From an uncultured Planctomycetaceae bacterium (GTDB taxonomy: Bacteria; Planctomycetota; Planctomycetia; Isosphaerales; Isosphaeraceae): 64,000 nucleotides of DNA. Location: contig CAWIAD010000001.1 in assembly GCA_963833985.1 (NCBI GenBank), positions 1,152,001 through 1,216,000 on the forward strand, written 5' to 3'. Below the pieces are notes generated by a model. The model did no database searches and was not told the origin of the DNA. It was given only the letters and a program-made list of their open reading frames with translations. Made by a program: the position numbers and the translations under genes. Below, piece by piece: positions 33,901-45,216 of the stretch (position 1 is the first letter of the stretch; the number at the start of each line of letters is the position of its first letter).

Positions 33901-34764
33901 CTGCCCCACCTGATCTTCAAGCGGGACAGGTTCCGCACCAGCCGTGACGGGGCCGTCCTCATCCTGGTCGACGATGCCGAAGCACTTCAGGTCTGGGATG
34001 CGACGGCCGGCCGTTGCCTGCTGGGCCCCCTGCGGACCTCGAAGGAGGTTCCGGTCGTCTTCGGCGCCCGGGAGAGCGCTGGGCGGGTCACGAACGCGGC
34101 GGTGAGCCCGGATGGCCGCCGGGTGGCCGCGGCGTCCGCCAGCACCGGGACGCTCGCTGTCTGGGACGTCCCGGGCGGTCGGCTCTTACACGAACATCCG
34201 CAACGTTTCCGGGGCGTGCCCGACGGCCTGGAGTTCAGCCCGGATGGCCGGTGGGTCCTCGTCACCGCGAGCGACACGGTCGCGCGGGTCTGGGACGCCG
34301 AGACCGGGCAACTGGCCGGTCGGCCCTTGCACCATCCCTCCTCGGTCCGCGCCGGCGACCTCGCGCCGGACGGGCGACGGGTCGTGACCCAGGCGAAGCT
34401 CGGGATCTATCTCTGGGACCGGACCACCGGGGACCTCTTGTCGCGTCTCGCGTTCCCCGGGGGCGTATTCGCCAGGACCGATGAAGTTCAACCCCGGTTC
34501 GGCGCCGACGGTCTTCGCCTCAGCTTGACCGATGGGACCACGACCGTGGCGTCCAGGTTCCCCGAGTTCCGTACCCCCGAGACCGCACTGGCTCCGCTGG
34601 CGGAACTCTTGACCTGCCAGCGGCTCGACGAATTCGGCGGGGCCGAGTACCTGGATCAAGGCGCGATCCTGGCCAACCCGGGCCGGTATCGCCGAGCGTG
34701 GCTCACACTGCGCGAGCGTGAAGACGACCCGGCGGCTCAGCCCGCGGGTACCAGGATCCCTTGA
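30934..34764 (+). CDS. Ser/Thr kinase with WD40 repeats
   Basis: LGRGGMGVVY, HRDLKPDN, DFG, many SPDG...VWD repeats. Confidence 0.95.
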   Translation: MGVPEPTDGPTMPGARTTTTAGSDGSSRTAGPGPPGLVRTERREMSEGAPQAPPSGAPTIDLSDPAATTVRSGSPAVAGPPAPRGAELGPALEGTLTVARPGEPREVLTVAKPAGGPPPAARDRPLPTIEGYQILGELGRGGMGVVYLAQQVQLNRPCALKMILAGAHAGDLATSRFLAEAQAVARLQHPNIVQIHHISEADGLPYFELEYVEGGSLRKQLDGTPWPALRAAGLVEVLARGVAEAHRIGIVHRDLKPDNVLLAADGTPKITDFGLAKSLEGDSGLTATDSIMGSPSYMAPEQAEGKAKQVGPSADIYALGAILYELLTGRPPFRAATVLETLEQVRATEPVPPSRLVPGLSRDIDTIALKCLQKEPERRYDSAAALADDLLRCLNGEPIHARPVGDLERLVRWARRHPLPAGLTALAVLSLAAGTVVSTYFKIQADARATDAHNAAVQAKASAIEADRRRGEAEAAGAEARDRLSRLNIATGTRYLDAGDADSALLWYARAWSTDKDPAAEESHRLRVGAALAARPELVGLGVHNGLVSDAVFSPDGTRILTRLEGPEAYIWDYERGRLAVPPLRHDAKVWHAAWSHDGTVVATASDDGTARIWSARDGHRIRNLCHPGPVRWLAFAPGSARLATACTDGKVRTWDTVAGTEAGPPLELTQAVQYVAYSGDGTKLLTADQSGSARVWDAGTRKPLTPSLPHAAQDAIDLEYGYRRYPAFSPDGTRVLTAEKAVHVWDAATGERRLGPHAVKNRVTSLGWSPDGTRIVLTLDPVFSATILSAHDGSVEAELRHPRAVQNAVFDPRGERLLSCSSGAVVHLWDLRSRLPLWSGQRCASWGRALAFTRDGRRCLASSEDGTVRVWSLEPTGGFRPYDFSDGQAHRLRAVVGPDGRRRAFDPSGRIEARFGGATPKVVEIAGRDAAGPIRRFDHPGPVQAAFFTADGRTLFAVMKDHGILRWDVARGEASGPLFRPEALETGDLPHLIFKRDRFRTSRDGAVLILVDDAEALQVWDATAGRCLLGPLRTSKEVPVVFGARESAGRVTNAAVSPDGRRVAAASASTGTLAVWDVPGGRLLHEHPQRFRGVPDGLEFSPDGRWVLVTASDTVARVWDAETGQLAGRPLHHPSSVRAGDLAPDGRRVVTQAKLGIYLWDRTTGDLLSRLAFPGGVFARTDEVQPRFGADGLRLSLTDGTTTVASRFPEFRTPETALAPLAELLTCQRLDEFGGAEYLDQGAILANPGRYRRAWLTLREREDDPAAQPAGTRIP

Positions 34765-34840
34765 ACCGGGCAGGCTTGCTGCCGGGCCACACCGGTTACG
34801 ACGCGTCGATGGCGACTATCCTCTCCTTCAGAAAGAGAAC

Positions 34841-35971
34841 ATGCACATTTGCCGTGGAAATCGGAGTGGCGGCCGGGGGTTCACGCTGATCGAGCTGCTG
34901 GTGGTCATCGCGATCATCGGCGTGCTGATCGCCCTGCTCTTGCCGGCCGTGCAGGCGGCACGCGAGGCGGCTCGCCGCACCCAGTGCACCAGCAACCTGA
35001 AGCAACTGGCCCTGGCGGCGAGCAACTACGAGTCCGCCAACGGCTGCCTCCCCGGCGGGTCCTACTCCAACTATAACGGGGGCACGCCGGCAAAGGGCTG
35101 CGCCAACAGCGTGGCCCCGTGTGCCTTCCCGGAGAACTTCAGCGTCTTCGTGCGGATGCTGCCCTACACCGAGCAGTCGGCGATGTATAACGCGGTCAAC
35201 TTTCACTTCACGTCTTCAAACTTCGAGAATATCACCATCGCCGGCGTGCACCTGAACATCCTGACGTGCCCGAGCGACACGCGTAATGACCCTGTGCCAC
35301 TGGTCGAGGGCGCCGCGGACTCCTCGTTCAACCTCATCGCAGGCACCCCGCCCCCCGGCAACTGGCTCCAGTGCTACAGCAGCTATGCCGGCAACGCCGG
35401 GACGTGGGACTACGGGACCACCACGCTGACCAATCGCGCCGTGCGAGCCATGTACAACGGCGTCATTTACAACGATAGTAGCACCTCCATCGCCCAGGTG
35501 ACCGACGGCACCAGCAACACGATGCTCTTCGCCGAGCACAGCCACTTTCTGGAGACTCTGAACGACCCAGGTTTCTACGTCTCCGACAATTCGTGGCAGT
35601 CGGGCCGCTGGTACGACACGCTCTTCTGCACGCTCTACCCGATGGGACTGAATCTCCAGGCAATACCCGCTCAGATCAACGGCCCGTTCGGCTATTACTC
35701 CAGCACCGTCGCGAACAGCTTGCATCCCGGCGGCGCCAGTTTCGCCTTCTGTGATGGATCGGTGCGCTTTCTCAAGTCCACGATCAACACATGGATTGTC
35801 AGCGGGAGCAGTACCGACCCCGGCCGTAATGCCATCCCTGACGGCTCGACAACCCTGGCAGTCAGCAACCCCAGCGGGACGGTCCACCTGTTCGGCTCAG
35901 CCCAGCTCGGAGTCTACCAGAAGCTCTCGACACGGGCTGGGGGCGAGGTCGTCAGCTCCGACCAGTATTGA
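34841..35971 (+). CDS. DUF1559 prepilin-type N-terminal protein
   Basis: GFTLIELLVVIAIIGVLIALLLPAVQAAREAARR; HPGGASFAFCDGSVRF. Confidence 0.95.
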   Translation: MHICRGNRSGGRGFTLIELLVVIAIIGVLIALLLPAVQAAREAARRTQCTSNLKQLALAASNYESANGCLPGGSYSNYNGGTPAKGCANSVAPCAFPENFSVFVRMLPYTEQSAMYNAVNFHFTSSNFENITIAGVHLNILTCPSDTRNDPVPLVEGAADSSFNLIAGTPPPGNWLQCYSSYAGNAGTWDYGTTTLTNRAVRAMYNGVIYNDSSTSIAQVTDGTSNTMLFAEHSHFLETLNDPGFYVSDNSWQSGRWYDTLFCTLYPMGLNLQAIPAQINGPFGYYSSTVANSLHPGGASFAFCDGSVRFLKSTINTWIVSGSSTDPGRNAIPDGSTTLAVSNPSGTVHLFGSAQLGVYQKLSTRAGGEVVSSDQY

Positions 35972-36216
35972 TTCCGACCACTCGCGGCAACGAAGGGCCG
36001 GCCGAGGTACTTCCAGGAACCGACGGTGGAGCCTCCGGCAGCCCTGACCTGGGCACGCAGCCATTGCGCGTCCGGTCTGGTCGTCTGGAACCAGCGACAC
36101 GCGTCATTGAAGAAGTGTGCCGGAATCAACTCACAGTCGGTCGAGCGCGGCCAGGGTCAACCGATCGCCAGGGTCCGGTTCGTCGCATAAGCACACGCCG
36201 GATGGACTGGCCTCCC

Positions 36217-36603
36217 CTATGCCTCGAGACTGTCCGAGGGGTCGGCCAGGTAGAGACCAACGATTTCCAGCTCTCGCCCCTGGCGGACGTCCGTGCCTGG
36301 CTGGCCGCAGCGCGGGCAGTAGAAGCTCTGAGTTCCCGGCAGCTGCACCTCGGCCTGGCACGATTCGCAGAAGATGATGACCGGCACTTCCTCGACCACC
36401 AGCCGCGTTCCGGCCAGCGGCGTGTCTGCCGTCACCAGGTCATAACAGAAGAGCAGCGAGTCTTTCACGACACCGGCGAGCGGTCCCAGCCGCAGGTGAA
36501 TCTCGGTGATTCGCCGGCCCGCGATCTGCGCGCGGCCGGTCTCCGATTCAATGGTATCGAGCGCGGTCGTGACCAGGCTCTCGGCAATGGCTAGCTCATG
36601 CAC
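36217..36603 (-). CDS. hypA: hydrogenase maturation nickel metallochaperone
   Basis: MHELAIAESL, CESC, CPRCG, GRELEI. Confidence 0.9.
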   Translation of the reverse strand: MHELAIAESLVTTALDTIESETGRAQIAGRRITEIHLRLGPLAGVVKDSLLFCYDLVTADTPLAGTRLVVEEVPVIIFCESCQAEVQLPGTQSFYCPRCGQPGTDVRQGRELEIVGLYLADPSDSLEA

Positions 36604-36757
36604 GATCCACCTCGAAGTCCAAGGACCTGCGACAGAACGCAACTCCACCCGTATCATCTCCGGGAGCGGCCGACTCCCCGGTCGTCGCCGTGTCGGCCCT
36701 GTTGTCGCTGGCCGACCGGCTCAGGCAACGAAAGCAATCGACCCCAGGATATCACTC

Positions 36758-36952
36758 ATGCGCGACCGCCTGGACCAATCAGTCCCCCCCCCGCGCTGCG
36801 TGACGCCGCCCGGCCCACGCCCCGGCGTCTCGATCTGGCCGACGCTCACGACGGATCAGCAACAGATCCTGCTCCACGCCCTCAGCCGACTGCTCGCCCG
36901 GCGCCTGCCCGTCGCGCCCGACGCCAAGGAGGTGCGCGATGAGCGAAACTGA
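36758..36952 (+). CDS. small ORF overlapping the recombinase start
   Basis: IWPTLTTDQQQILLHALSRLL...KEVRDE; carries the GGAGG RBS of the recombinase. Confidence 0.45.
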   Translation: MRDRLDQSVPPPRCVTPPGPRPGVSIWPTLTTDQQQILLHALSRLLARRLPVAPDAKEVRDERN

Positions 36953-38570
36953 ACCCACCCTGCGGCCCCGGCCCTTCGAGTCCGGGAAGATCACCGACGC
37001 CCATTGGGCCAGGCTGGCTGTCGTCTACGTCCGCCAGTCCACGCCCCAGCAGGTCGCCGAAAACCGCGAGTCACTCGTCCGCCAGTACGCCCTGGCCGAG
37101 CATGCCCGCGCCCTGGGCTGGCCTGCCGATCGGGTCCTCGTCATCGACCCGGACCTCGGGCAGAGCGCACGCACCGCCGAGGCCCGGCTCGGCTTCCAGC
37201 GCCTGCTGGCCGAGGTCAGCATGGACCATGTCGGGCTCGTCCTGGGACTGGAGATGAGCCGCCTCTCCTGGTCCTGCAAGGACTGGCACCAGCTCCTGGA
37301 GCTCTGCGGCCTCTTCGGCGCCCTTCTGGCCGACCAGGACGGCGTCTACGACCCGTCCGACGCCAACGACGGGCTCGTGCTCGGCCTGAAGGGCCAGATC
37401 TCGGAACTGGAGCTGCATACGATTCGTAGCCGCCTGGTCCGCGGCAAGCTGAACAAGGCCCGCCGCGGCGAGCTGATCATCAACGCTCCGATCGGCTACG
37501 TCAAGACACCGGCCGGCGGCCTGGCGCTCGACTCCGACGACCAGGTCCGAGCCGTCGTCCGGCTCCTCTTCGAGAAATTCGACGAGCTGGGGACCGCCCA
37601 TGCTGTCACGCGCTACCTGAGGCTCAATCACATCCGGCTCGGCATCCGCCCCCACGACGGGCCGAATCGCGGCAACCTCGAATGGCGCCCGGCGCTGGTC
37701 AGCACCGTCTATCGCATCCTCACCCATCCGGCCTACGCCGGGACAGACGCTTACGGTCGCACCCCGATTGAACCGAGGCGCCGCCGCAATGACCAGCCGG
37801 GCATCCGCCGCGCCCCCATGGCGGAATGGGCCGTCACCCTGCACGATCGCCTGCCGGCGTACATTTCGAGGGGGCAGGACCTCCGCAACACCGAGCGCAT
37901 CCGCCTGAACCGCACCACCGCTTCGACCCCGGGCCATGTGCGCCGGGGCGGCGCCCTGCTGTGCGGGATCGTCTTCTGCGGGCGGTGCGGGCGACGGATG
38001 GGCGTGGTCTACAGCTCCAAGTCCTGGCCGCGCTACCATTGCGGCGCGCACCATCAACCCGGAGAGTCCTGGGCCTGCCGCGGGATCTCGGCGGCGGCCC
38101 TGGACGCCGCCGTCGCCGATCACGTCCTGCAGGCGCTGGCGCCCGCCGGGATCGAGCTGAGCCTCACCGGCACCGGGGATATCGAGCGGGAGCGGGCTCG
38201 GCTGGATGCCCACTGGAAGGCCGATCTGCAGCGCGGCGGGTACGAGGCCCGGCTCGCCGAGCGGAGCGACCGGGCGGTCGATCCGGAGAACCGCCCTCGT
38301 GGTGCGCACGCTGGAGCAGCGGTGGGAGGAAGCGCTGCGGCGCGAGCAGCAGTTGCAGGAGGGGTACGATCGCTTCCGGCGGGAATCGCCACGGCGGCTG
38401 ACCTGGGAGGAACTCGACCGCATGCGTGCGCGGGTCGCCGATATCCCTTCCCTCTGGTACGCCGCCGAGACCCCGGCGGCGGACCGAAAGGAGATCATCC
38501 ACGCCCTGGTTGAGCGGGTGACCGTGACAGTCGCCGGGGACTCCGAGAGCGTCCTCGTCCACCTCTGGTG
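36939..38570 (+). pseudogene. large serine recombinase, decayed (frameshift near 38290, truncated)
   Basis: YVRQST catalytic motif, EMSRL, Zn-ribbon CGRCG, AVDPENR; frameshift then an early stop. Confidence 0.85.
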
Positions 38571-38855
38571 ACTCTCGCCACTCGGCGCTGGTGCGACGAG
38601 CGTCCCTGCGCGGTATCATCTGAAGCTGGCGATCACCGGATACGTATACGTCTGACGACCGCCCGACGAGCGGCTGATCATTGTCCGATGTGTGAAGGGC
38701 GAATATTTCCATCGCATCAACAAGGCCGGCGATGCTAGTTAATAATCTACGTGTGTGATTCATAGAATCATATCGATCTAAAATGTCTTAACGAGATCAA
38801 TGCTCATCTGGGATATTGTGGCCGAGAGCATGCATGCAACACGAGGAGGCAACAC

Positions 38856-39838
<983 letters not shown>

Positions 39839-39883
39839 ACCGTACGCCATCCCCACTTCTATAATGATGCCGGGGAGGACTTC

Positions 39884-41419
39884 ATGAGCACCATTGCTGC
39901 CCCCGATCGATTGCCTGCAACATCCTCGCGTTCGGCTCACGCGCTGAACCTGATCGGCGGAGTCTGGGTCGAGGGACGTGGGGAGACGAGCCGGGACATC
40001 TACAATCCGGCGGACTCGGCCGAGATGTTGGCGCCGGTGCGCGAGGCCGCGCCGGAGCAGGTGGACGAGGCATGCGCCGCCGCCGCCCAGGCCTTCCCTG
40101 GCTGGCGCGCCACTCCGGCGCCGGATCGCGCCCACGTCCTGTTCAAGTTCCGGGATCTGCTGGAAAAGAACTTCTCGGACGTGGCACACAGCATCGTCCG
40201 CGAAAACGGCAAGCTGTTGAGCGAGGCGCGCGGCTCGCTGCGGCGCGGGCTCGACGTCGTCGACTTCGCCTGCGGCATCCCCTCCCAGATGATGGGACAG
40301 AGCCTGACCGACGTTTCGCGGGATATCGACTGCCTCACCACCCGCGAACCCATGGGCGTGGTGGTCGGCATTCCGCCGTTCAATTTTCCGGCCCTGATTC
40401 CGCTCTGGATGATGTCGGTCGCTGTCGCCTGCGGGAACACGTTCCTCCTCAAGCCTGCCGAGAAGGCGCCGCTCACTGGCACCCGACTCGTGGAGATGTT
40501 CGCCGATGCCGGCTTGCCGACCGGCGTCGTCGGCGTCGTGCAGGGGAGCAAGGAAGTCAGCGAACGTCTCATCGCCAACCCGCATGTCCAGGCGGTTTCC
40601 TTCGTCGGCACCTCGGCTGTGGCGGAGTCGGTCTACCGCACCGCAGCGACTCACGGCAAGCGAGTTCAGGCGCACGGCGGGGCGAAGAACCATCTGCTCG
40701 TCCTGCCCGATGCCGACCTGGAGCGCATCTTGCCCGACCTGATCGGGTCGTGCTTCGGCTCCGCGGGACAGCGCTGCCTCGCCGGGAGCGTGCTGGTGGC
40801 GGTCGGAGATCGAGCGCGACAGGACGCCGTCGCCGACGCCTTCATTCGCGCGGCGGGTAAACTGAATCTGGGAGACGGCCTGGACGAGGACGCGACGCTC
40901 GGCCCCGTGGTGAACCCGGTCGAAGAAAAGCGGATCCGGGCCGCGATCGAGCGAGGGGAGGTGGAAGGGGCCCGGCTCCGCCTCGACGGCCGTTCCCAAA
41001 CCGTACCCCACAGACCGCGGGGTTGCTTCATCGGGCCGACAATCCTTGACGACGTGACACCGGAGATGTTCGTCGGCCGGGAGGAGATTTTTGGTCCGGT
41101 GGTGAGCCTGATGCGCGCCCCGGACCTGGATACGGCGATCACGTTGGCGAACCGCAGCCGATACGGCAACACGGCTTGCCTCTTCACGCAATCCGGGGCG
41201 GCGGCCCGCACGTTCCGCGAACGCATCCAGGCCGGAATGCTCGGCCTCAATGTCGCCGTGCCGGCACCGATGGGGTTCTTTCCGTTCGGCGGCTGGAAGA
41301 ATTCAATATACGGATATTTCAATACGCAGGGTGCTGACGCCGTTGCTTTCTACACGCGAAAGAAAGTGATGACGGAACGCTGGTTCGGCTCTGAGGCGCC
41401 GAAGGATGGATGGGTTTGA
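39884..41419 (+). CDS. mmsA: CoA-acylating methylmalonate-semialdehyde dehydrogenase
   Basis: PFNFP, LKPAE, SFVGTS, GGAKNH, GQRCLAGS, EEIFGPV. Confidence 0.88.
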   Translation: MSTIAAPDRLPATSSRSAHALNLIGGVWVEGRGETSRDIYNPADSAEMLAPVREAAPEQVDEACAAAAQAFPGWRATPAPDRAHVLFKFRDLLEKNFSDVAHSIVRENGKLLSEARGSLRRGLDVVDFACGIPSQMMGQSLTDVSRDIDCLTTREPMGVVVGIPPFNFPALIPLWMMSVAVACGNTFLLKPAEKAPLTGTRLVEMFADAGLPTGVVGVVQGSKEVSERLIANPHVQAVSFVGTSAVAESVYRTAATHGKRVQAHGGAKNHLLVLPDADLERILPDLIGSCFGSAGQRCLAGSVLVAVGDRARQDAVADAFIRAAGKLNLGDGLDEDATLGPVVNPVEEKRIRAAIERGEVEGARLRLDGRSQTVPHRPRGCFIGPTILDDVTPEMFVGREEIFGPVVSLMRAPDLDTAITLANRSRYGNTACLFTQSGAAARTFRERIQAGMLGLNVAVPAPMGFFPFGGWKNSIYGYFNTQGADAVAFYTRKKVMTERWFGSEAPKDGWV

Positions 41420-41487
41420 TCGAGCGGGCTAGCCGGCAGCGTCAGCGACCGGACACCGACGGGCTCTGTAATCGGAGGGATGGAACA

Positions 41488-42435
41488 ATGGTAGAGAGCG
41501 ACAACCTTCGCGATACGAGGATAGCCCTCAACAACGGATCCGGTGCGATCCCCGCCCTCGGTTTTGGCACACTGATTCCCGACCCCGTGGCAACCAGAAC
41601 CGCGACCATGGCGGCGCTGGAGGCAGGATTTCGCATGCTCGACGCTGCGGAACGCTATCGAAATGAAAAGGAGGTCGGCGAAGCGATGCAGGAGGTGTTC
41701 GCGGCGGGGAAGATCAAGCGGGAGGACGTCTTTATCGCCACGAAACTCTGGAATAACAATCATCGTCCCGAACGCGTTAAACCCGCCTTCGAGGCCAGTC
41801 TCAAGAAACTCCAAATCGACTACGTCGATCTCTATCTCATCCACACGCCCTTTGCCTTCCAACCCGGAGACGAGCAAGATCCGAGGGATGCGAACGGCGA
41901 TGTGATTTATGACAAAGGGGTGACATTGCTGGATACATGGAGGGCGTTGGAGGATCTCGTGGACGAGGGCAAGTGCAAGGCGATCGGATTGTCCGACGTC
42001 AGCCTGGATCAGACGCAAGAGATCTTCGAGGCGGGGAGGATCAAGCCCGCCGTTGTTCACGTGGAATCCCATCCGTATCTCCCGCAATGGGACCTCTTGG
42101 ACTATTGCAGGAAGAATGGCATCGTGTTGCAAGCGTTCGCAGCGCTGGGGCATAGTAGCGAGCCCAAGTTGCTGGAAGATCCTGTGATTACCGCGATCGC
42201 CAAGCGAGTCAACAAGACCCCGGCGCAGGTCTTGCTCGCCTGGGCCATCCAGCGCGGCACGGCCCTCCTGACCACCTCGAAGACCCCCAGCCGGATCAAG
42301 GAGAACTTTGAAGTCTCCACCCTTCCTCAAGACGCCATGCGGGAGATTAGCGAAGGAATCAAGTCGCGGGTCAGGTTTAATGCCGTTGTAGAGACCGGCG
42401 TTCCCGGATTCATTCCGAGGGCGAAGGGAAGTTGA
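41488..42435 (+). CDS. aldo/keto reductase
   Basis: IPALGFGT, DAAERYRNE, TKLWNNNH, DLYLIHTP. Confidence 0.92.
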   Translation: MVESDNLRDTRIALNNGSGAIPALGFGTLIPDPVATRTATMAALEAGFRMLDAAERYRNEKEVGEAMQEVFAAGKIKREDVFIATKLWNNNHRPERVKPAFEASLKKLQIDYVDLYLIHTPFAFQPGDEQDPRDANGDVIYDKGVTLLDTWRALEDLVDEGKCKAIGLSDVSLDQTQEIFEAGRIKPAVVHVESHPYLPQWDLLDYCRKNGIVLQAFAALGHSSEPKLLEDPVITAIAKRVNKTPAQVLLAWAIQRGTALLTTSKTPSRIKENFEVSTLPQDAMREISEGIKSRVRFNAVVETGVPGFIPRAKGS

Positions 42436-42560
42436 GGCGGCAATCACTCCCACAGATGAGCGTTCAAGTTTTCAGGCTTGGGCATTCGAGGTGTCGAGCG
42501 AGGGGCCGAGCTCCCCAGACCACCTATGATAGGAGCGTATCTTTGAGAAATCGACGAGTG

Positions 42561-44138
42561 ATGCTCCTCGTGGCGGTCCTGCTCCCCGTCGCCGCGGCCT
42601 GCGTGCAACGGGCCCTATTCGGCCTGCCGCAGGTGCCCGTCGGTCCCGAGGTGGCTCCCGAGGCCGCCACGCCCCACGGCTTCCCGGCGTGGCTCCGGAT
42701 CACCCATTACGTCAACTTCCTGTTCCTCATCCTGCTCGTCCGCAGCGGCCTGCAGATCCTCATGGACCACCCTCGGCTGTACTGGAACGTCCACTGCACG
42801 CCCGACACCGAGTGGCTGCGGCTGACGCCGATCGACGTGCCGAAGGACCGCGTGTGGACGGCCAACGACGACAACCGCTACCTCTCTCCCTGGATCGGCC
42901 TGCCCGGCTACCGGTTCACCGTCGGCATGGCCCGGCACTGGCACTTCCTGAGCGTGCTGTTCTGGGTGGGCAACGGCTGTGTCTTCGTAGCCCTGCTCTT
43001 CGGGACTACGCAATGGAGGCGGCTGGTGCCGACCTCCTGGTCGATCGTGCCTGATGCCTGGGCCGTCTTCGTCCATTACGCCACGTTCCACCTGCCGCCC
43101 GAGCCGAACGGGTGCTACCGCTACAACGCTCTCCAGCAGTTGTCCTACTTCGCGGTGGTTTTCCTCCTGGCCCCCCTGGCGATTCTGACCGGGCCCTCTA
43201 TGTCGCCGGCCCTGACCAGTCGATTCGCGTGGTATCCGAAGCTGCCCGGCAACCGCCAGATCGGCCGGTCACTCCACTTCCTCATCATGTGCGCCTTCGT
43301 CGCCTTCCTCATCGGCCATGTGACCATGGTGGTCCTTACCGGGCTCATGCGGAACATGAACCATATCGTTCTCGGCACGGACGATACCGGCCCGCTCGGG
43401 CTGTACCTGGGCCTGGTGGGCCTCGGCGTGGTCCTGGCGCTCAACGCGCTGGCCAACGGAATGTCGTGGTGGTATCCCCGGACCGTCCAGCATCTCGCTC
43501 GGGCGATCGTCACGCCCGTCATGGAGCTCCTGCTCGATCGCGCCGTTCCGGTCGCGGAGTTCCGCCGTGAGGACATCTCGCCCTACTTCTGGCCGAACGG
43601 CAAGCTGCCCACCAGCGACGAATGGAAGACCCTCGCCGCCGATGACTTCAGGGACTACCGCCTCAAGGTCTCCGGCCTGGTGGAGAACCCGGTCGAACTG
43701 TCGCTGGACGAGATCCGCGCGATCGGCAAGAAGACCCAGATCACGCTGCATCACTGCATTCAGGGCTGGTCGGGCATCGCCGAGTGGGGCGGGCTTCCCA
43801 TGGCGGAGTTGATCAAGCTGGTCCGGCCGAAGCCGGAGGCGGGGGTGGCCGCGTTCTACTCGTTCGGCGAAGGCAAGGATGGGGGCCAGTACTACGACTG
43901 CCACTCGCTGGAGAACCTCATGCACCGCCAGACGTTGCTGGCCTACGAGATGAACGGCGAGCCGCTCAAGACGCTGCACGGGGCGCCCCTGCGGCTGCGG
44001 GTCGAGAACCAGCTCGGCTTCAAGATGGTCAAGTGGATCCGGGATATCGAGTTCTGCGAGAGCCACAAGGCTTTCGGCGAGGGGGAGGGCGGCCACCACG
44101 AGGACCATGAGTTCTTCGGCGAGCTGGCCAATATCTGA
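42561..44138 (+). CDS. cytochrome b-like TM domain fused to a sulfite-oxidase-family molybdopterin domain
   Basis: TM helices with His residues; HHCIQGWS, LLAYEMNG, HGAPLRL, GFKMVKWI. Confidence 0.88.
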   Translation: MLLVAVLLPVAAACVQRALFGLPQVPVGPEVAPEAATPHGFPAWLRITHYVNFLFLILLVRSGLQILMDHPRLYWNVHCTPDTEWLRLTPIDVPKDRVWTANDDNRYLSPWIGLPGYRFTVGMARHWHFLSVLFWVGNGCVFVALLFGTTQWRRLVPTSWSIVPDAWAVFVHYATFHLPPEPNGCYRYNALQQLSYFAVVFLLAPLAILTGPSMSPALTSRFAWYPKLPGNRQIGRSLHFLIMCAFVAFLIGHVTMVVLTGLMRNMNHIVLGTDDTGPLGLYLGLVGLGVVLALNALANGMSWWYPRTVQHLARAIVTPVMELLLDRAVPVAEFRREDISPYFWPNGKLPTSDEWKTLAADDFRDYRLKVSGLVENPVELSLDEIRAIGKKTQITLHHCIQGWSGIAEWGGLPMAELIKLVRPKPEAGVAAFYSFGEGKDGGQYYDCHSLENLMHRQTLLAYEMNGEPLKTLHGAPLRLRVENQLGFKMVKWIRDIEFCESHKAFGEGEGGHHEDHEFFGELANI

Positions 44139-44184
44139 CTCGGCGCGTCAGTAGGCCCCCGGTCGGACGGGAGGCCCCCTCGCA

Positions 44185-44326
44185 GATCAAGGAGCACTTT
44201 GAGGTCTCCACCCTTCCCCCAGACGCCATGCGGGAGATTAGCGAAGGGATCAAGTCGCGGATCCGGTTTAATGCTGTTGTAGACACCGGCGTTCCCGGGT
44301 TCATTCCGAGAGGAAAGGGAGGTTGA
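44185..44326 (+). pseudogene. orphan duplicate of the 3' end of AKR 41488..42435
   Basis: About 142 nt with about 14 mismatches to 42294-42435, including the stop codon. Confidence 0.9.
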
Positions 44327-44424
44327 GACGGGGTGGCTGTCAGGGAGTTGTCGCGCCTCAAGGATACCCGCATTGAGGGGGCGCGTGGCCTCCAACATGG
44401 ATTCTTTCGGCGGGAGGAGTCACC

Positions 44425-45075
44425 ATGTACGACCTTGAGCAGGTGATCCGAGAGCGCCATTCGACGCGGCTGTTTTTGCCACGGCCAGTGCCGCGGGCAT
44501 TGGTCGATGAGGCTCTCGTCCTGGCCCAGCACGCGCCGTCGAACTCCGACATCCAGCCCTGGCACATGGTGTTCGCATCCGGGCCGCCTCGCGACCGGCT
44601 CGTCAAGGCCCTTCTCGAGGAGGCCCAGCGTCGGCCACCCAACATTCCGCCCCTGCCCGAGGCGTTTCGGCACTATCGCCGCGAGCTGGGCGCCCAAGTC
44701 TACGGGGCGATGGGAATCGCCCGCGAGGACAAGGCGGGCCATGACGCCGCTGTCTTGCGCAACTGGGAATTCTTCCGCGCACCGCTTGCCGGCATCGTCT
44801 GCATGCACAGGGACCTCGGCCTGGCGGACGCCCTGGGTGTGGGGATGTACCTGCAGACGTTGCTGCTGGCCTTGACTGCACGAGGCCTGGGCACTTGCGT
44901 CGAGGTCTCGATCGCAGGGTATCCCGAGATCGTCCGCGCGCAGTTGTCGATCCCGGCGGAACTATCGATCCTGTGTGGCCTGGCAGTCGGCTACCCCGAC
45001 CCCGACTTCCCCGCCAATAAGCTGCACATCGGCCGCGAGGCCATCGAGAAGAACGTGGTGTTCCTCGACAACTGA
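44425..45075 (+). CDS. nitroreductase
   Basis: RHSTRLF, APSNSDIQPW, ARGLGTC, GLAVGYPD. Confidence 0.92.
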   Translation: MYDLEQVIRERHSTRLFLPRPVPRALVDEALVLAQHAPSNSDIQPWHMVFASGPPRDRLVKALLEEAQRRPPNIPPLPEAFRHYRRELGAQVYGAMGIAREDKAGHDAAVLRNWEFFRAPLAGIVCMHRDLGLADALGVGMYLQTLLLALTARGLGTCVEVSIAGYPEIVRAQLSIPAELSILCGLAVGYPDPDFPANKLHIGREAIEKNVVFLDN

Positions 45076-45216
45076 TCCGGAGGAGAACTCGGACAGGCAT
45101 TCTTCATCGTATGTGCGGAGGTGTATCACGACCATGAATTCCATCAATCCGGGTGTGTCACTCCGACCGGAGGTCCCTTCCTGACGGGTTGCCACTGACC
45201 TCCCATGATCGGACCC

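Noticed and set aside
31153..33909. Long antisense ORFs (also 56565-59174, 39020-41191, 23260-25053)
   Set aside because: Shadows of high-GC genes on the opposite strand with no recognisable motifs
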